Of a DNA stretch of 64,000 bases, positions 36,331 to 46,540 are shown piece after piece. The notes under the pieces were generated by a model. The model did no database searches. It was not told the DNA's origin and saw only the letters and a program-made list of their open reading frames with translations. Both the position numbers and the translations under genes were made by a program. Source of the DNA: a bacterium. GTDB taxonomy: Bacteria; Patescibacteriota; Patescibacteriia; Patescibacteriales; Patescibacteriaceae. The number at the start of each line of letters is the position of its first letter. The first letter of the stretch is position 1. The stretch covers positions 685-64,684 of the forward strand of contig JBDRKN010000020.1 of the NCBI GenBank assembly GCA_043813955.1. Direction: 5' to 3'.

Positions 36331-36570
36331 TTAGAGTCTGAAAATGATGCGGCCTTTGGTTAAATCATACGGACTAAGCTGTATTTTAACCTTGTCACCA
36401 GTAGATATTCTGATTCTGTTCATTCTCATCCTGCCTGATAAATGAGCCAAAATCTCGCGGCCATTTTCAAGAAGTACCCTAAAGGAGCTGGCTGGCATTA
36501 GTTCAATGACTTCACCGACCACTTCAATGAACTCCTTAGAGTCCATAGCTTGTTGATTTTGTTTGTTCAT
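36331..36570 (-). CDS. infA: Translation initiation factor IF-1
   Basis: S1-like OB fold sequence [63 protein letters not shown]. Confidence 0.9.
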   Translation of the reverse strand: MNKQNQQAMDSKEFIEVVGEVIELMPASSFRVLLENGREILAHLSGRMRMNRIRISTGDKVKIQLSPYDLTKGRIIFRL

Positions 36571-36740
36571 TAAAGAAACAAAAAATTTTGGTAAATAAAC
36601 TTAAAAATTTACCAAAACTGATAAATTAATAATTTTTAACATGTATATGCAGATATTATATATTTTATTTGCATTAATGTCAAGTATTTATTATAAATAG
36701 AAGAAAAATAGAAAAAATAACTAATATTACAGCAATATCC

Positions 36741-38549
36741 TTATTCTAGAACAGCTTTTATCCTTCTTATGCCAGCACTGCTGCTTTGCTCTTTTTTTAT
36801 CTTAAAAACTCCTAAATCACCAGTATTTTCAACATGAGGGCCATTGCAAATCTCCTTGCTAAAACCATTAATAGCAAATACCTTAACCATATCATCATAT
36901 TTTGATTCAAATACGCCAATAGCTCCAATCTCTTTGGCTTTTGATAATAACATTTCTTCACAGCTAACAGACAGCTTGTCTTTAATAGCCTGGTTAACTA
37001 AATTCTCTATTTCCTGTATTTGCTCATTAGCAAGCTTGTCTGAATTAGAAAAATCAAAACGCAAGCGGTCAGCTGTAATGTTGCTGCCTTTTTGATATAC
37101 ATGATTTCCTAAAACTTTGCGCAAAGCAGATAATAATAAATGGGTTGCTGTATGAAGCTTAGTGGTTTGTTCGCTATGGTCAGCTAAGCCGCCCTGGAAT
37201 TTGTGAGCAGACGCAGTTCTAGACAGTTCTTGATGCTTTTTTAATTCTGCGTTAAAGCTATTTTTATCAACCATCATTCCTTTTTCTTCAGCCAGCTCCT
37301 GAGTCATTTCAATTGGAAAACCATAGGTTTGGTATAGGTCAAAAGCTTTCTTGCCTGAAATATTATCACAAAGCTTGCTAAATTCTTTCAAGCCTCGCTC
37401 TAAAGTTTTTTCAAACTTAGCTTCTTCTTCTGTTAAATTTGAAAATACAAAATCTTGGTTATTCTTCAATTCTGGATAAACATCCTGATAATCATTAATA
37501 ACTGTTTTTGCAATCTCTGATATCCAATTTTTTTTGCTAATTCCAAGCTGCCTTGCATAGCGGATTGCCCGCCTAATCAATCTTCTAACAACATAGCCCT
37601 GGTCAGTATTGGACGGGGCTATTCCTTTATCATCACCCATTATGAAAGTAGCAGCCTTAAGATGGTCAGCAATTACTTCAAAACATTTAATATTCTCTTT
37701 GTATTTTTTTCCAGACAGCTCTTCTATTTTCTTGATTATATTGATAAATAAATCTGTTTCAAAAATATTATCCTTATTCTGCAAAACCATTGCTGTGCGC
37801 TCTAATCCTCCTCCAAAATCAACATTCTTGTTTTTTAGCTCTTTCCAGCCGTCTTCTGTCTTCTGATATTGCATAAATACAGAATTGCCAATTTCTATAA
37901 ATCTGCCACAGCCGCAGTTTGGATGGCAGTGAGCGCCAAATTTTGAATCATGCTCTCTGCTAGTATCATAAAATACTTCAGAATCAGGGCCCCCTAGCTC
38001 TCCAATTGCATCGCCTCTCTGCCACCAATTCTTTTCTGTGTATGCAAAAATTTTATGTTTTGAAAAATCAGATTCTTTATCTGGATCGCCTTCTTCAGCA
38101 TTAATACCAATATTTTTAAAAATCTCTTTAATAATTTCTGCAGACTCCTGGTCTTTTAAAATCTTTTCATTGCCTGCGTATATTGTAAAATAGAGTTTTT
38201 CAGGATCAATGCCAAGGTCATCTGCGAGCCAATGAAAATACCAATTTAGCTGTTCTTTTTTAAAATAATCGCCAAAAGACCAGTTGCCAAGCATTTCAAA
38301 AAAAGTATTATGCCTGTTATCTCCTATCTCCTCTATATCTTCTGCGCGAAAACATTTCTGGCTATTTATTAAACGCTTTCCTTTAGGATGTTTTTCTCCA
38401 AGCAAATAAGGCACTAATGGAGACATGCCTGAATTAGTGAATAGCAAGCTTGGATCATTTTCCGGAATTAAAGAAGAGCTATTAATTTCAGCATGATCCT
38501 TAGCTTTGAAAAATTCTATATATCTTTGCCTAATTTCTTTAGAATTCAT
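36741..38549 (-). CDS. alaS: Alanine--tRNA ligase, short form (602 aa; catalytic + tRNA-recognition + editing domains, no C-Ala domain)
   Basis: N-terminal AlaRS motifs (FFKAKDH, FTNSGM, QKCFR, NTFFEMLGNWSFGDYFK). Editing-domain metal motifs HTATHLL and CNGPHV lie near the C-terminus. Confidence 0.9.
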   Translation of the reverse strand: MNSKEIRQRYIEFFKAKDHAEINSSSLIPENDPSLLFTNSGMSPLVPYLLGEKHPKGKRLINSQKCFRAEDIEEIGDNRHNTFFEMLGNWSFGDYFKKEQLNWYFHWLADDLGIDPEKLYFTIYAGNEKILKDQESAEIIKEIFKNIGINAEEGDPDKESDFSKHKIFAYTEKNWWQRGDAIGELGGPDSEVFYDTSREHDSKFGAHCHPNCGCGRFIEIGNSVFMQYQKTEDGWKELKNKNVDFGGGLERTAMVLQNKDNIFETDLFINIIKKIEELSGKKYKENIKCFEVIADHLKAATFIMGDDKGIAPSNTDQGYVVRRLIRRAIRYARQLGISKKNWISEIAKTVINDYQDVYPELKNNQDFVFSNLTEEEAKFEKTLERGLKEFSKLCDNISGKKAFDLYQTYGFPIEMTQELAEEKGMMVDKNSFNAELKKHQELSRTASAHKFQGGLADHSEQTTKLHTATHLLLSALRKVLGNHVYQKGSNITADRLRFDFSNSDKLANEQIQEIENLVNQAIKDKLSVSCEEMLLSKAKEIGAIGVFESKYDDMVKVFAINGFSKEICNGPHVENTGDLGVFKIKKEQSSSAGIRRIKAVLE

Positions 38550-38589
38550 GGTTTTTAGTATATATTATAATTTTTGGATTTTCAAGTTA

Positions 38590-39726
38590 TTATTTTATCC
38601 CCTCCCTTATATAATCCATTAAATTTTTGTAAAATTCCAGATTATTCAATGTTGCTAATCTTTGGCCCAAGGGCTCGCCTACTTTTAATAAATAATGGAG
38701 ATAAGCTTTAGATAGTGTTAATTCTGAAAAATTAGAATCAATATTAATAGCTGTCTTGTCTTTTGCAAATTTGGAATTATTAATATTAATTGCCTGATAA
38801 AAATCTGTAGTAACTTTGTCGCTCTTAATAGATTTGGCTATTATCTCTTTGGCATTTGGCTTAAATACAAACAATCTTCCATGCCTGCCCTCTCTTGTCG
38901 GAATTACGCAGTCAAACATATCAATTCCGCGCTTAACAGCTTTGAGAATATTTTCAGGATAGCCTATGCCCATTAAATAACGTGGCTTGTTTAAAGGCAT
39001 GGTTGGGGTTAAATAATCCAAAACCTTGTACATCTGTGATTGAGTCTCGCCTACTGACAGACCTCCGATATTATATCCGTCAAAGCCAATATCCATTAGC
39101 TCGTCTAAGCTTTGCTGCCTAAGCTTCTTGTCCAATCCTCCCTGAATCACAGCAAATAATAATGGCTTATCCCCCCTTATTCTTTCATGAGCCTGTTTGG
39201 TCTGCTTGGCCCATTTTGTTGTTAAATCTACAGCTTTTTGCAAATACTCCTTTTTGGCTGGCAAGCAAGCGCATTGATCTAAGCAAACAGCAATGTCAAC
39301 GCCTAATTCATTCTGTATTTTTAAAGCCTTAACAGGGCTTAAAAAATGCTTGCTCCCGTCAATATAGGATTTAAATTCCACTCCTTTGTCAATAACTCTA
39401 ACAAGATTTTCTCCTTTTTTATTTCTATCCTGAGCTAAAGAAAAAATCTGAAAACCGCCGCTGTCAGTTAAAATAGCGTTTGGCCAGTTCATAAACTTAT
39501 GCAAGCCTCCAAGCTTTTTAATCAGCTTGGATCCTGGCCGAAGCATTAAATGATATGTGTTTGAGAGAATAAGCTTGTAGCCTATTTTTTTTATCTCATC
39601 TGCGCTTAAATATTTAACAGCTGCCTGCGTGGCTACTGGCATAAAAACAGGCGTCTGTATCTTTCCATGCCTGGTAGTCAAAACGCCCGCGCGGGCGTTT
39701 TTAAGTTGTTGGGTTAATTTAAACAT
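38590..39726 (-). CDS. tgt: tRNA-guanine transglycosylase (queuine tRNA-ribosyltransferase)
   Basis: TPVFMPVAT, ILTDSGGFQ, GLSVGE, CVIPTR motifs. Confidence 0.9.
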   Translation of the reverse strand: MFKLTQQLKNARAGVLTTRHGKIQTPVFMPVATQAAVKYLSADEIKKIGYKLILSNTYHLMLRPGSKLIKKLGGLHKFMNWPNAILTDSGGFQIFSLAQDRNKKGENLVRVIDKGVEFKSYIDGSKHFLSPVKALKIQNELGVDIAVCLDQCACLPAKKEYLQKAVDLTTKWAKQTKQAHERIRGDKPLLFAVIQGGLDKKLRQQSLDELMDIGFDGYNIGGLSVGETQSQMYKVLDYLTPTMPLNKPRYLMGIGYPENILKAVKRGIDMFDCVIPTREGRHGRLFVFKPNAKEIIAKSIKSDKVTTDFYQAININNSKFAKDKTAINIDSNFSELTLSKAYLHYLLKVGEPLGQRLATLNNLEFYKNLMDYIREGIK

Positions 39727-39728
39727 AA

Positions 39729-41642
39729 TTACTGCACTACGCCGTCGCTTTCAATCATAACATCATCTTCAAGCCTGGTGGTCTTTGCTTTGTTTGCCCG
39801 GCTTATTTCATCATCAGTAACCGTATCTTTAGCTATAATCCTGGTGCCAGGCAAAAGAATCATAATCTGATTGCGATTAGACTCTGATGGAGTAATACTA
39901 ATATTAAACTCAGCGTTTGGCTTGTTAGTTATTGGCAGATGATCAATTTCCCAGATTACCTGATGCGATTCTTTCTTGTATTCTATGTTGCCTGCAGTTG
40001 ACTGTTCTTTGCCTTCCCAGACAACATAGGCAGGCAATTCTGCTACGATCTGGATATTTGTTAAATCATGCATTGTATTATCAATCTGCCAAAATGCGCG
40101 CAAGCTTGTGGTTTCTCCAACCTTGGGAGGCAAAGGCCCGTTGCCAACAGCAATATTATCATCATTAAAGTATCTTACCTGCTCTAATAATTGCAGATCA
40201 CTGTTAACCTGGCTAATAATCACATTGCTGATATTAGAGCTATGCTCTTCTTCATCTTCTTGATCAAGCATTATTTGAAACTGCGCATAGCTCTTTATTT
40301 TGTTATCTCCTTTGTAATTGCTGTTCTGCCTGGCCTGTTCTGCGGTTTTGACCTTAATGGAAAAATCAATAGTTCCGCTGCTATCGCTGGACAAAACAGC
40401 CAAGGCAGGCAATTCAGACTTTGTCCATGTAATAGTATTGTCTTTTTTAACTCCGCTATCCCCTTCTATGCTGTCCCAATCAATCAAATCTCCTTCCAAG
40501 ACAGCCATAATCATAACATCTTCAATATCATAATCCTCTTTATTAGAATAATTAATAGAATAATTAAGAGTCTGTCCAAAATCAATATTATTATTCTGGT
40601 CAGAACCGTTAATGATTAAATTTAAATTCAGATTATTTTTAACTATTTCAATATCAATCTCTTTAGTCTGGAATAAATAATATGATACTCCTAAATCTTC
40701 TTCGGCTTCTTGGTCTTGATTTGGATCATACTTGTATTCAAATTTTAATTCAAAACTCTGTTTAGCAGCTACTTTATCAGGAAACTTAAACCTTATCTTT
40801 AATTCCTGATCTTTTTTGTCAATGCCCTCTGCCTGCCAAACCCATGGCTCAACCGCAACAACCTTGTCAGAATCCTGCTTTTGGTTTAGCAATACAACAT
40901 TTTCTTTTTCAGTAGGCTGAACTGTAAGCCTGAAATTATCCATATATCCGTCATTCTCAGCTTTGTAATTAATTACTATGCGCTGCTCTTCATTAACCAT
41001 TGCGCTTGCAGGGCTTACAATCTCAATATCTATCCCGGTTCCAACAACAAGATTGTCAAAGCTTGCTACTTTTTTAAACTCGCTTGTAAAATTCTCTGGC
41101 TGGTAAGTCATTTCTCCTAAAATAATATTTTGCTTGTCTTTTGGCGCAATAATCTTGCCTTTGATTTTAATCTCGCCTCCGCGGTGCGAGCCTAATTCTT
41201 TAACTTTCCAGACATTATTATTCTCGTCAGGATCTGGAGAGCTGGTTAAGAAAATGAAATTTTCTGGATATTCAAGGCGTATTAAAATATTTTCAATGCC
41301 TACTCTTTCTAAATTTTGATATTTGACTGTGTAATAGAATTCTTTGCCTGCAATAATTTTTTTGTCAGATTCAATAGTTATTTTAACTGCCTCAGAATCA
41401 GTAGCTCTATTAAAATAATACCAAATTCCCATTGCTATCAAAGCTAATATCGCGGCATATCCAATAATTAAAAAAAGCCAGAACCACCATTTGCGTTTTG
41501 GTTTAATGTTTAATTTTTTAACATTAATAATCTCGCCATCATCACTTTGATAAATTTCAGACAAACCCTCCTTAATGGTTCTTTGCCTCATCTTTTCACT
41601 GGCTGTCTCTTCTTTTTCTTCTATTTTTTTGTCTTTTAGCAT
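39729..41642 (-). CDS. Membrane-anchored large extracytoplasmic protein, hypothetical
   Basis: Start set at the ATG at 41642 (MLKDKK...) to avoid overlap with the upstream gene. One TM helix (WWFWLFLIIGYAAILALIAMGIWYYF), then ~550 aa of beta-rich sequence. Confidence 0.55.
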   Translation of the reverse strand: MLKDKKIEEKEETASEKMRQRTIKEGLSEIYQSDDGEIINVKKLNIKPKRKWWFWLFLIIGYAAILALIAMGIWYYFNRATDSEAVKITIESDKKIIAGKEFYYTVKYQNLERVGIENILIRLEYPENFIFLTSSPDPDENNNVWKVKELGSHRGGEIKIKGKIIAPKDKQNIILGEMTYQPENFTSEFKKVASFDNLVVGTGIDIEIVSPASAMVNEEQRIVINYKAENDGYMDNFRLTVQPTEKENVVLLNQKQDSDKVVAVEPWVWQAEGIDKKDQELKIRFKFPDKVAAKQSFELKFEYKYDPNQDQEAEEDLGVSYYLFQTKEIDIEIVKNNLNLNLIINGSDQNNNIDFGQTLNYSINYSNKEDYDIEDVMIMAVLEGDLIDWDSIEGDSGVKKDNTITWTKSELPALAVLSSDSSGTIDFSIKVKTAEQARQNSNYKGDNKIKSYAQFQIMLDQEDEEEHSSNISNVIISQVNSDLQLLEQVRYFNDDNIAVGNGPLPPKVGETTSLRAFWQIDNTMHDLTNIQIVAELPAYVVWEGKEQSTAGNIEYKKESHQVIWEIDHLPITNKPNAEFNISITPSESNRNQIMILLPGTRIIAKDTVTDDEISRANKAKTTRLEDDVMIESDGVVQ

Positions 41643-41652
41643 ATAAATATAT

Positions 41653-44052
41653 TTATTTCTTATACTCAGCAAATAAATATGCCCAGTATTTGTCAGTATC
41701 AAGCTGCTCGCCTGCTGCTTCTGGATAATGCCATACTGTTTCAAGATCCTGCTGCATATCTAAATTATAGTAAAAATTGGTCTTAAGGGCTCCGGGCTGC
41801 TTTTGAACCATCAAAGTGTAATTATATGTCTGGTCTGGATTAATCATGCTTTTCAGCTTGTCAATAATATTTTCAGGAGCTGGCTGCTTGATTATCTCAA
41901 AAGGAAGCTTGTAAGTTAATTTAATAATAGTAGTATCGCCTGGATCAACCATTGACCAGTTAGCAAAGACAGTTTTGTTGTTCTCATAATATATCTTAGT
42001 GCCTGTTGATTCATCAATCATTGCCTGCTCTTCTTCATGAAACAAATCAGGATCAGTCTGCCATTCAGGATCTGGCTGTTCAAAGTATTGTCCGCCTGGC
42101 TGTCTAAATCCAGACGCAGAAATTAAATGGCTGCCTGCAGGCACATAAATGCGCATCCAATCAACATTTCTAAATCCTGAGAACTTTTCGCCCCTAATGC
42201 TTTTATGCTCGCGCTCAATAGTCAATTCATTCACAATAGTTCCGTCTAACCTTATAGTGCTGTCTAAATAAATCTTCTGCTCCATGTCGCGATCGCTCTT
42301 GGCTCCTGCAATATTTGTATTAATTACTGACAAATAATCCATATCAGTATTCTTGATTTGTCCTCCCCAGTTTAATTCATTAACCTTGTCTTGCAGCTGC
42401 TCATCAGTAAAGTAAAGCAAAATATGCTTTTCCTGCAAACTGCTGTCAATTACATCAATCAGATTAATTAATTTATCTCTATCCAAATTATGCGATATTT
42501 CATCAATAATCCTAGGCAGCAAGTCACCGATTATCTTTTTGGGCTCAACAGTCTCATCTGGCTTTTGTTCAGCAAATTCCTGGACTGTCATTAAAAAATT
42601 ATCTGCGCCAATCACAACATCATAATCCTCTGTCATATCAATAGGGCCAATCACCTCAAGCAAACGCTCTAGAACTGTCGGAGTCAAGCTAATAACACCG
42701 TCTACAGTCGGGCCATTGCTCTTTTCATAAAACCACATGATTTTGTTCGCGCTGGTCGGCCAGTCTGGCCACCAGTTGCTGTCCCAAAAATGCCACAAAG
42801 GATTAACCAAATGCAATGGCTTTGGCGCGGTTACTAATACTCTTAATCCTGCCTCAGTATCATATGTTCCGCCCTTTGGAGTATCTATATTCTTTATCTC
42901 GCCTCTGCTAAAATCAATAGTTCCAAAGCTTCCCATAAATCCTCCACTAGCCCTCATTTCTGTATTATTTTGAAATATTAATAAATAGCGCTTGTCATAA
43001 TAATCACCCAAGAATATCTGCAGATTATCAGATATGTCCAAAAGTTCTTTTAAGCTGGATTGCAAAAACTCGGCCTGTCCTTTCATGGCAATGAATTCAT
43101 CATGATATTCTTCTGGTATTACATTATAGTTAATTTGATTAATTTCTCTGTTCAAAGCTATGGCCTTAATTAAAGCCTGGTGCCCATAGCCGCTAAAATC
43201 ATCTAATACCTGGACAAGCTTCTTGCCTTCTGTATTTACAAGAAAGCTGTCAACCGCAGCTGCGACATTAGCTCCGACTTCTGAGGCTAATTGCCCTGCC
43301 TTGGTTATATGCTTGCTGTTCCCGGCAAGCTGTATAGTATGGCTTGGAGCAATTTTAGCTAATACAAATAATGAATCATTAATTACTTCTAATTGATTCT
43401 GAGCATTAATGAAATTAGCGCTGGCTTGGCTAAAACTCTGCCTTGCCTGAATAAAATCGTTCTCTTCAATAGCTGATTTAGCTGAAAAAAGCTCTCCAAT
43501 AGCTGCCTGTGATATATTAATAACCTTGCCTTTTAATTCATTAAGGAATTGGAAGTCGCTATAGAGCTTGATTGGAATAATAAATAATAATATTAAAACA
43601 GCAAAGCCAAGCGCTGGTTTTAGAGAAATTCTTGGATTTAATTTAATGCGCTTAACACTTTGTACTGTCCTTCTGGGCAAAACCCTTGCAGAGCCAATTG
43701 ATATAGCTGCTAACTTTCTTGTTTTCTTTATGCCCAAATTAATCTGCTTAAACGGCCAGATTAGCAAGCCATATGTTAATGTCTTGAATATTATTATAAA
43801 TCCCTTGAACAATAATATAGCTCCTGCGAATATTTTTTTAACTGGCCAGATAAAAATACGGCTCACAGCATAGCCAATGTTGATTAAAATCTTTGCAACA
43901 GCAGGCCAGAATATAGCCTCGCGATGCCTATGCTTGGTTATTTTTTTAAACAGCCTGTATTCAAATTTGCCCAAAGCAATAGCAGACTTAATCAATCCGC
44001 TGAATAAGCGGATAATTGTTAGCTGGCTTAATGCTTGCTTGTGGCGCTTCAT
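41653..44052 (-). CDS. DUF4012 domain membrane protein
   Basis: Several N-terminal TM helices. The RYLLIFQNNTEMRASGGFMGSFG motif is the signature of DUF4012 as I remember it. Confidence 0.7.
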   Translation of the reverse strand: MKRHKQALSQLTIIRLFSGLIKSAIALGKFEYRLFKKITKHRHREAIFWPAVAKILINIGYAVSRIFIWPVKKIFAGAILLFKGFIIIFKTLTYGLLIWPFKQINLGIKKTRKLAAISIGSARVLPRRTVQSVKRIKLNPRISLKPALGFAVLILLFIIPIKLYSDFQFLNELKGKVINISQAAIGELFSAKSAIEENDFIQARQSFSQASANFINAQNQLEVINDSLFVLAKIAPSHTIQLAGNSKHITKAGQLASEVGANVAAAVDSFLVNTEGKKLVQVLDDFSGYGHQALIKAIALNREINQINYNVIPEEYHDEFIAMKGQAEFLQSSLKELLDISDNLQIFLGDYYDKRYLLIFQNNTEMRASGGFMGSFGTIDFSRGEIKNIDTPKGGTYDTEAGLRVLVTAPKPLHLVNPLWHFWDSNWWPDWPTSANKIMWFYEKSNGPTVDGVISLTPTVLERLLEVIGPIDMTEDYDVVIGADNFLMTVQEFAEQKPDETVEPKKIIGDLLPRIIDEISHNLDRDKLINLIDVIDSSLQEKHILLYFTDEQLQDKVNELNWGGQIKNTDMDYLSVINTNIAGAKSDRDMEQKIYLDSTIRLDGTIVNELTIEREHKSIRGEKFSGFRNVDWMRIYVPAGSHLISASGFRQPGGQYFEQPDPEWQTDPDLFHEEEQAMIDESTGTKIYYENNKTVFANWSMVDPGDTTIIKLTYKLPFEIIKQPAPENIIDKLKSMINPDQTYNYTLMVQKQPGALKTNFYYNLDMQQDLETVWHYPEAAGEQLDTDKYWAYLFAEYKK

Positions 44053-45248
44053 AGGATTTGATTATATATCTCTTTTGTCTGGCGGGCGCATTCCCACCAG
44101 TTATATCTCTTAACTCTTTCCTTGCCCAGCTTAATCAATCGCTGGCGCAATTCCTGATTCTCTATAATCTTTTCCAAAGCCTGCTTTATTTCCTTTTCAT
44201 TTTCTGGGTCAAAGAATAATGCGGCTTTGCCTAAAATCTCTGGCATGCTAGTGCGGTCAGAGCTGACAACAGGACAGCCTTTGGCCATTGCTTCCAATGG
44301 AGGCAAACCAAATCCCTCATACAATGAAGGAAATACATAGGCAATAGCTTTCTGATACATTACTTCTAATTCTTGATCAGGCACATAACCTGGAAAGACT
44401 ACTGAGCTATGCTCTGCCTGTCCTTGTATCCACAATCCAAGCTGTCTTGTCTGATCCTTTAACTCGCGATAGAAATGATCTTCTTTTCCAACTAAAACCA
44501 ACCTTAAATCAGGCCGTTCTTGGATTAATTGCTTAAACACTTTTACAAGCATAAGCAAATTCTTATGCGGATAAGCATTGCCCACATATATTAAAAACGG
44601 CTTATCTATATTATACCCTAAAAGCGTTTCCTTGTCATTGAGTTTTGATGAAAACAAGCTATCATGGCCCTTGGCTAAATTAGACACTCCTTCATATGTT
44701 ACAGCTATGCGATCCTGCTTTATATGAAAAGTCTTAATTAAATCTTTTTTAGTATATTTTGAAACAGCTATAATCTTCTTAGCCCTCTGGACTGTAATCC
44801 AAATATTTATCCTGTAAGCTAAATTTTTCAGCCAGTACATCCATGGGCTTAAAGTAGTCGCCCTCTTTGTTGGATGCTTGATTAAAATCAAATCATGAAT
44901 AGTTACTACAAACTTGACTGGACAAAATATTGGCACATTAAAATGCGGGAAGTGAATTAAATCCAAATTTTGCTTAAGAATAATTAAGGGCATCTTTATC
45001 TGCTCTGCTAAGGTATACCATCTTGTATTGGCTCTGACCTTTTTAATTCTATGCTCCTGACCTTTAGGAATTTTAAATTCATCATAATTATCCTGATTTA
45101 AAAAAATAACATATTCATTAACTGTATCTATCTTAATAATATTATCAACAATTTCCTGGGTATAGCGACCAAGGCCCTTGCCAACAGGACCATAAAATCG
45201 GGCGTCAATGCCAATGCGCTTAATTGAAGATTTTAATTTGTCTTTCAT
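44049..45248 (-). CDS. Glycosyltransferase family 4
   Basis: EGFGLPPLEAMAKGCPVVSSDRTSMPEI motif; 4-nt overlap with the downstream gene. Confidence 0.85.
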   Translation of the reverse strand: MKDKLKSSIKRIGIDARFYGPVGKGLGRYTQEIVDNIIKIDTVNEYVIFLNQDNYDEFKIPKGQEHRIKKVRANTRWYTLAEQIKMPLIILKQNLDLIHFPHFNVPIFCPVKFVVTIHDLILIKHPTKRATTLSPWMYWLKNLAYRINIWITVQRAKKIIAVSKYTKKDLIKTFHIKQDRIAVTYEGVSNLAKGHDSLFSSKLNDKETLLGYNIDKPFLIYVGNAYPHKNLLMLVKVFKQLIQERPDLRLVLVGKEDHFYRELKDQTRQLGLWIQGQAEHSSVVFPGYVPDQELEVMYQKAIAYVFPSLYEGFGLPPLEAMAKGCPVVSSDRTSMPEILGKAALFFDPENEKEIKQALEKIIENQELRQRLIKLGKERVKRYNWWECARQTKEIYNQIL

Positions 45249-45328
45249 GCAATTATTATATCACAAAACATTGCTGTTTTAAAATATTGAACAAACAAAA
45301 AAACGCTTTTAGCGTTTTTTTAAGATAA

Positions 45329-46540
45329 TTATTGTATAAATTTATAATAAACCCCTAAAATATCCTGTAAATGTCTGGCTGGCTTGAATTTTTGCTCCAC
45401 AAACTCCCTGGCTTGATAACCCATTTTCTTAACTTTTTCAGGATTATTCAATGCCCAATTTATTTTTTCAATCAAATCTTCTGATGAATCATGCTGGAAT
45501 AATAATCCAGTCTGCTTGTCTTTAACAACTTCTGGAATGCCTCCAATCTTAGAAGCTATGACTAGCTTGCCTAAAGCAGCTGCCTCTAAATTAACCAAGC
45601 CAAAGACCTCATACCATTGAGACGGCGCAATGACTGCATAGGATTTTCTAATAATCTCCTTTAATTCATTATTATGCTTAGGGCCCATTATCTCTACCTT
45701 GCCTTTTAGATTTAAAGCGTCAATCTTATTCTGAATAGCTTTATGCTCTGGGCCAGAACCGATTATTTTTAATTTAATGTCCTTGATTTCAGGCATAACC
45801 TGAACTAATTTATCAACGCCCTTTTCTTTGCTTAGACGTCCGAAGTATACAAAGTAGTCTCCTGGCTCATAATCAGGCTTAAACTCATTAACATCTATAT
45901 AATGATGTAATATTTTGATTTTATTCTCATCTACTCCCCATTCAATTAACTTGTTTTTAACAAATTCAGTAGGAGCAATGTATAGATTAATATTTTTATG
46001 ATAAATATTCCAAACTTTATGGTGCAAATACATCTCTATGCTAGCTAACAAACTTTTGAACAGCGAATTTTTAAAGCATTTTGTTCTTAAACACTTGTAG
46101 TATTTGCCTCCTTTACATTGTTCACATATTTTATCACGCGCAAACATTTTGTAATTTGGACAAACCAGCTTGTAATCATGCACATGCATGACTACTGGAA
46201 TATTTTTTTTCTTTGCAACAGGCAGAATTGAAGGAGAAATCTGATGATAAATATTATGAATATGGATAATGTCTGGCTTAAAATCTTCTAATAATCTTTT
46301 AAATTTCTTAGCTGCTTTAAAGTTGTAAATTATCCTGAACAGATATTTAAATCTAAAGCTGTTAAAATCAATTTTAGAAACAAAATAATCTTCAAATTTG
46401 CTTAAAAGATTATTTGAATCGCGCATGCAGAACTTAGCTACTTCTACGCCATGCTTCTCAAGCATCTCTGACAGATCTAAAAAATACTTGTCAGCTCCTC
46501 CGCGCAGATAATTAAATTTGTTAACTTGCAAAACCTTCAT
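45329..46540 (-). CDS. Glycosyltransferase family 4
   Basis: EVFGLVNLEAAALGKLVIASKIGGIPEVV motif. Confidence 0.85.
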   Translation of the reverse strand: MKVLQVNKFNYLRGGADKYFLDLSEMLEKHGVEVAKFCMRDSNNLLSKFEDYFVSKIDFNSFRFKYLFRIIYNFKAAKKFKRLLEDFKPDIIHIHNIYHQISPSILPVAKKKNIPVVMHVHDYKLVCPNYKMFARDKICEQCKGGKYYKCLRTKCFKNSLFKSLLASIEMYLHHKVWNIYHKNINLYIAPTEFVKNKLIEWGVDENKIKILHHYIDVNEFKPDYEPGDYFVYFGRLSKEKGVDKLVQVMPEIKDIKLKIIGSGPEHKAIQNKIDALNLKGKVEIMGPKHNNELKEIIRKSYAVIAPSQWYEVFGLVNLEAAALGKLVIASKIGGIPEVVKDKQTGLLFQHDSSEDLIEKINWALNNPEKVKKMGYQAREFVEQKFKPARHLQDILGVYYKFIQ

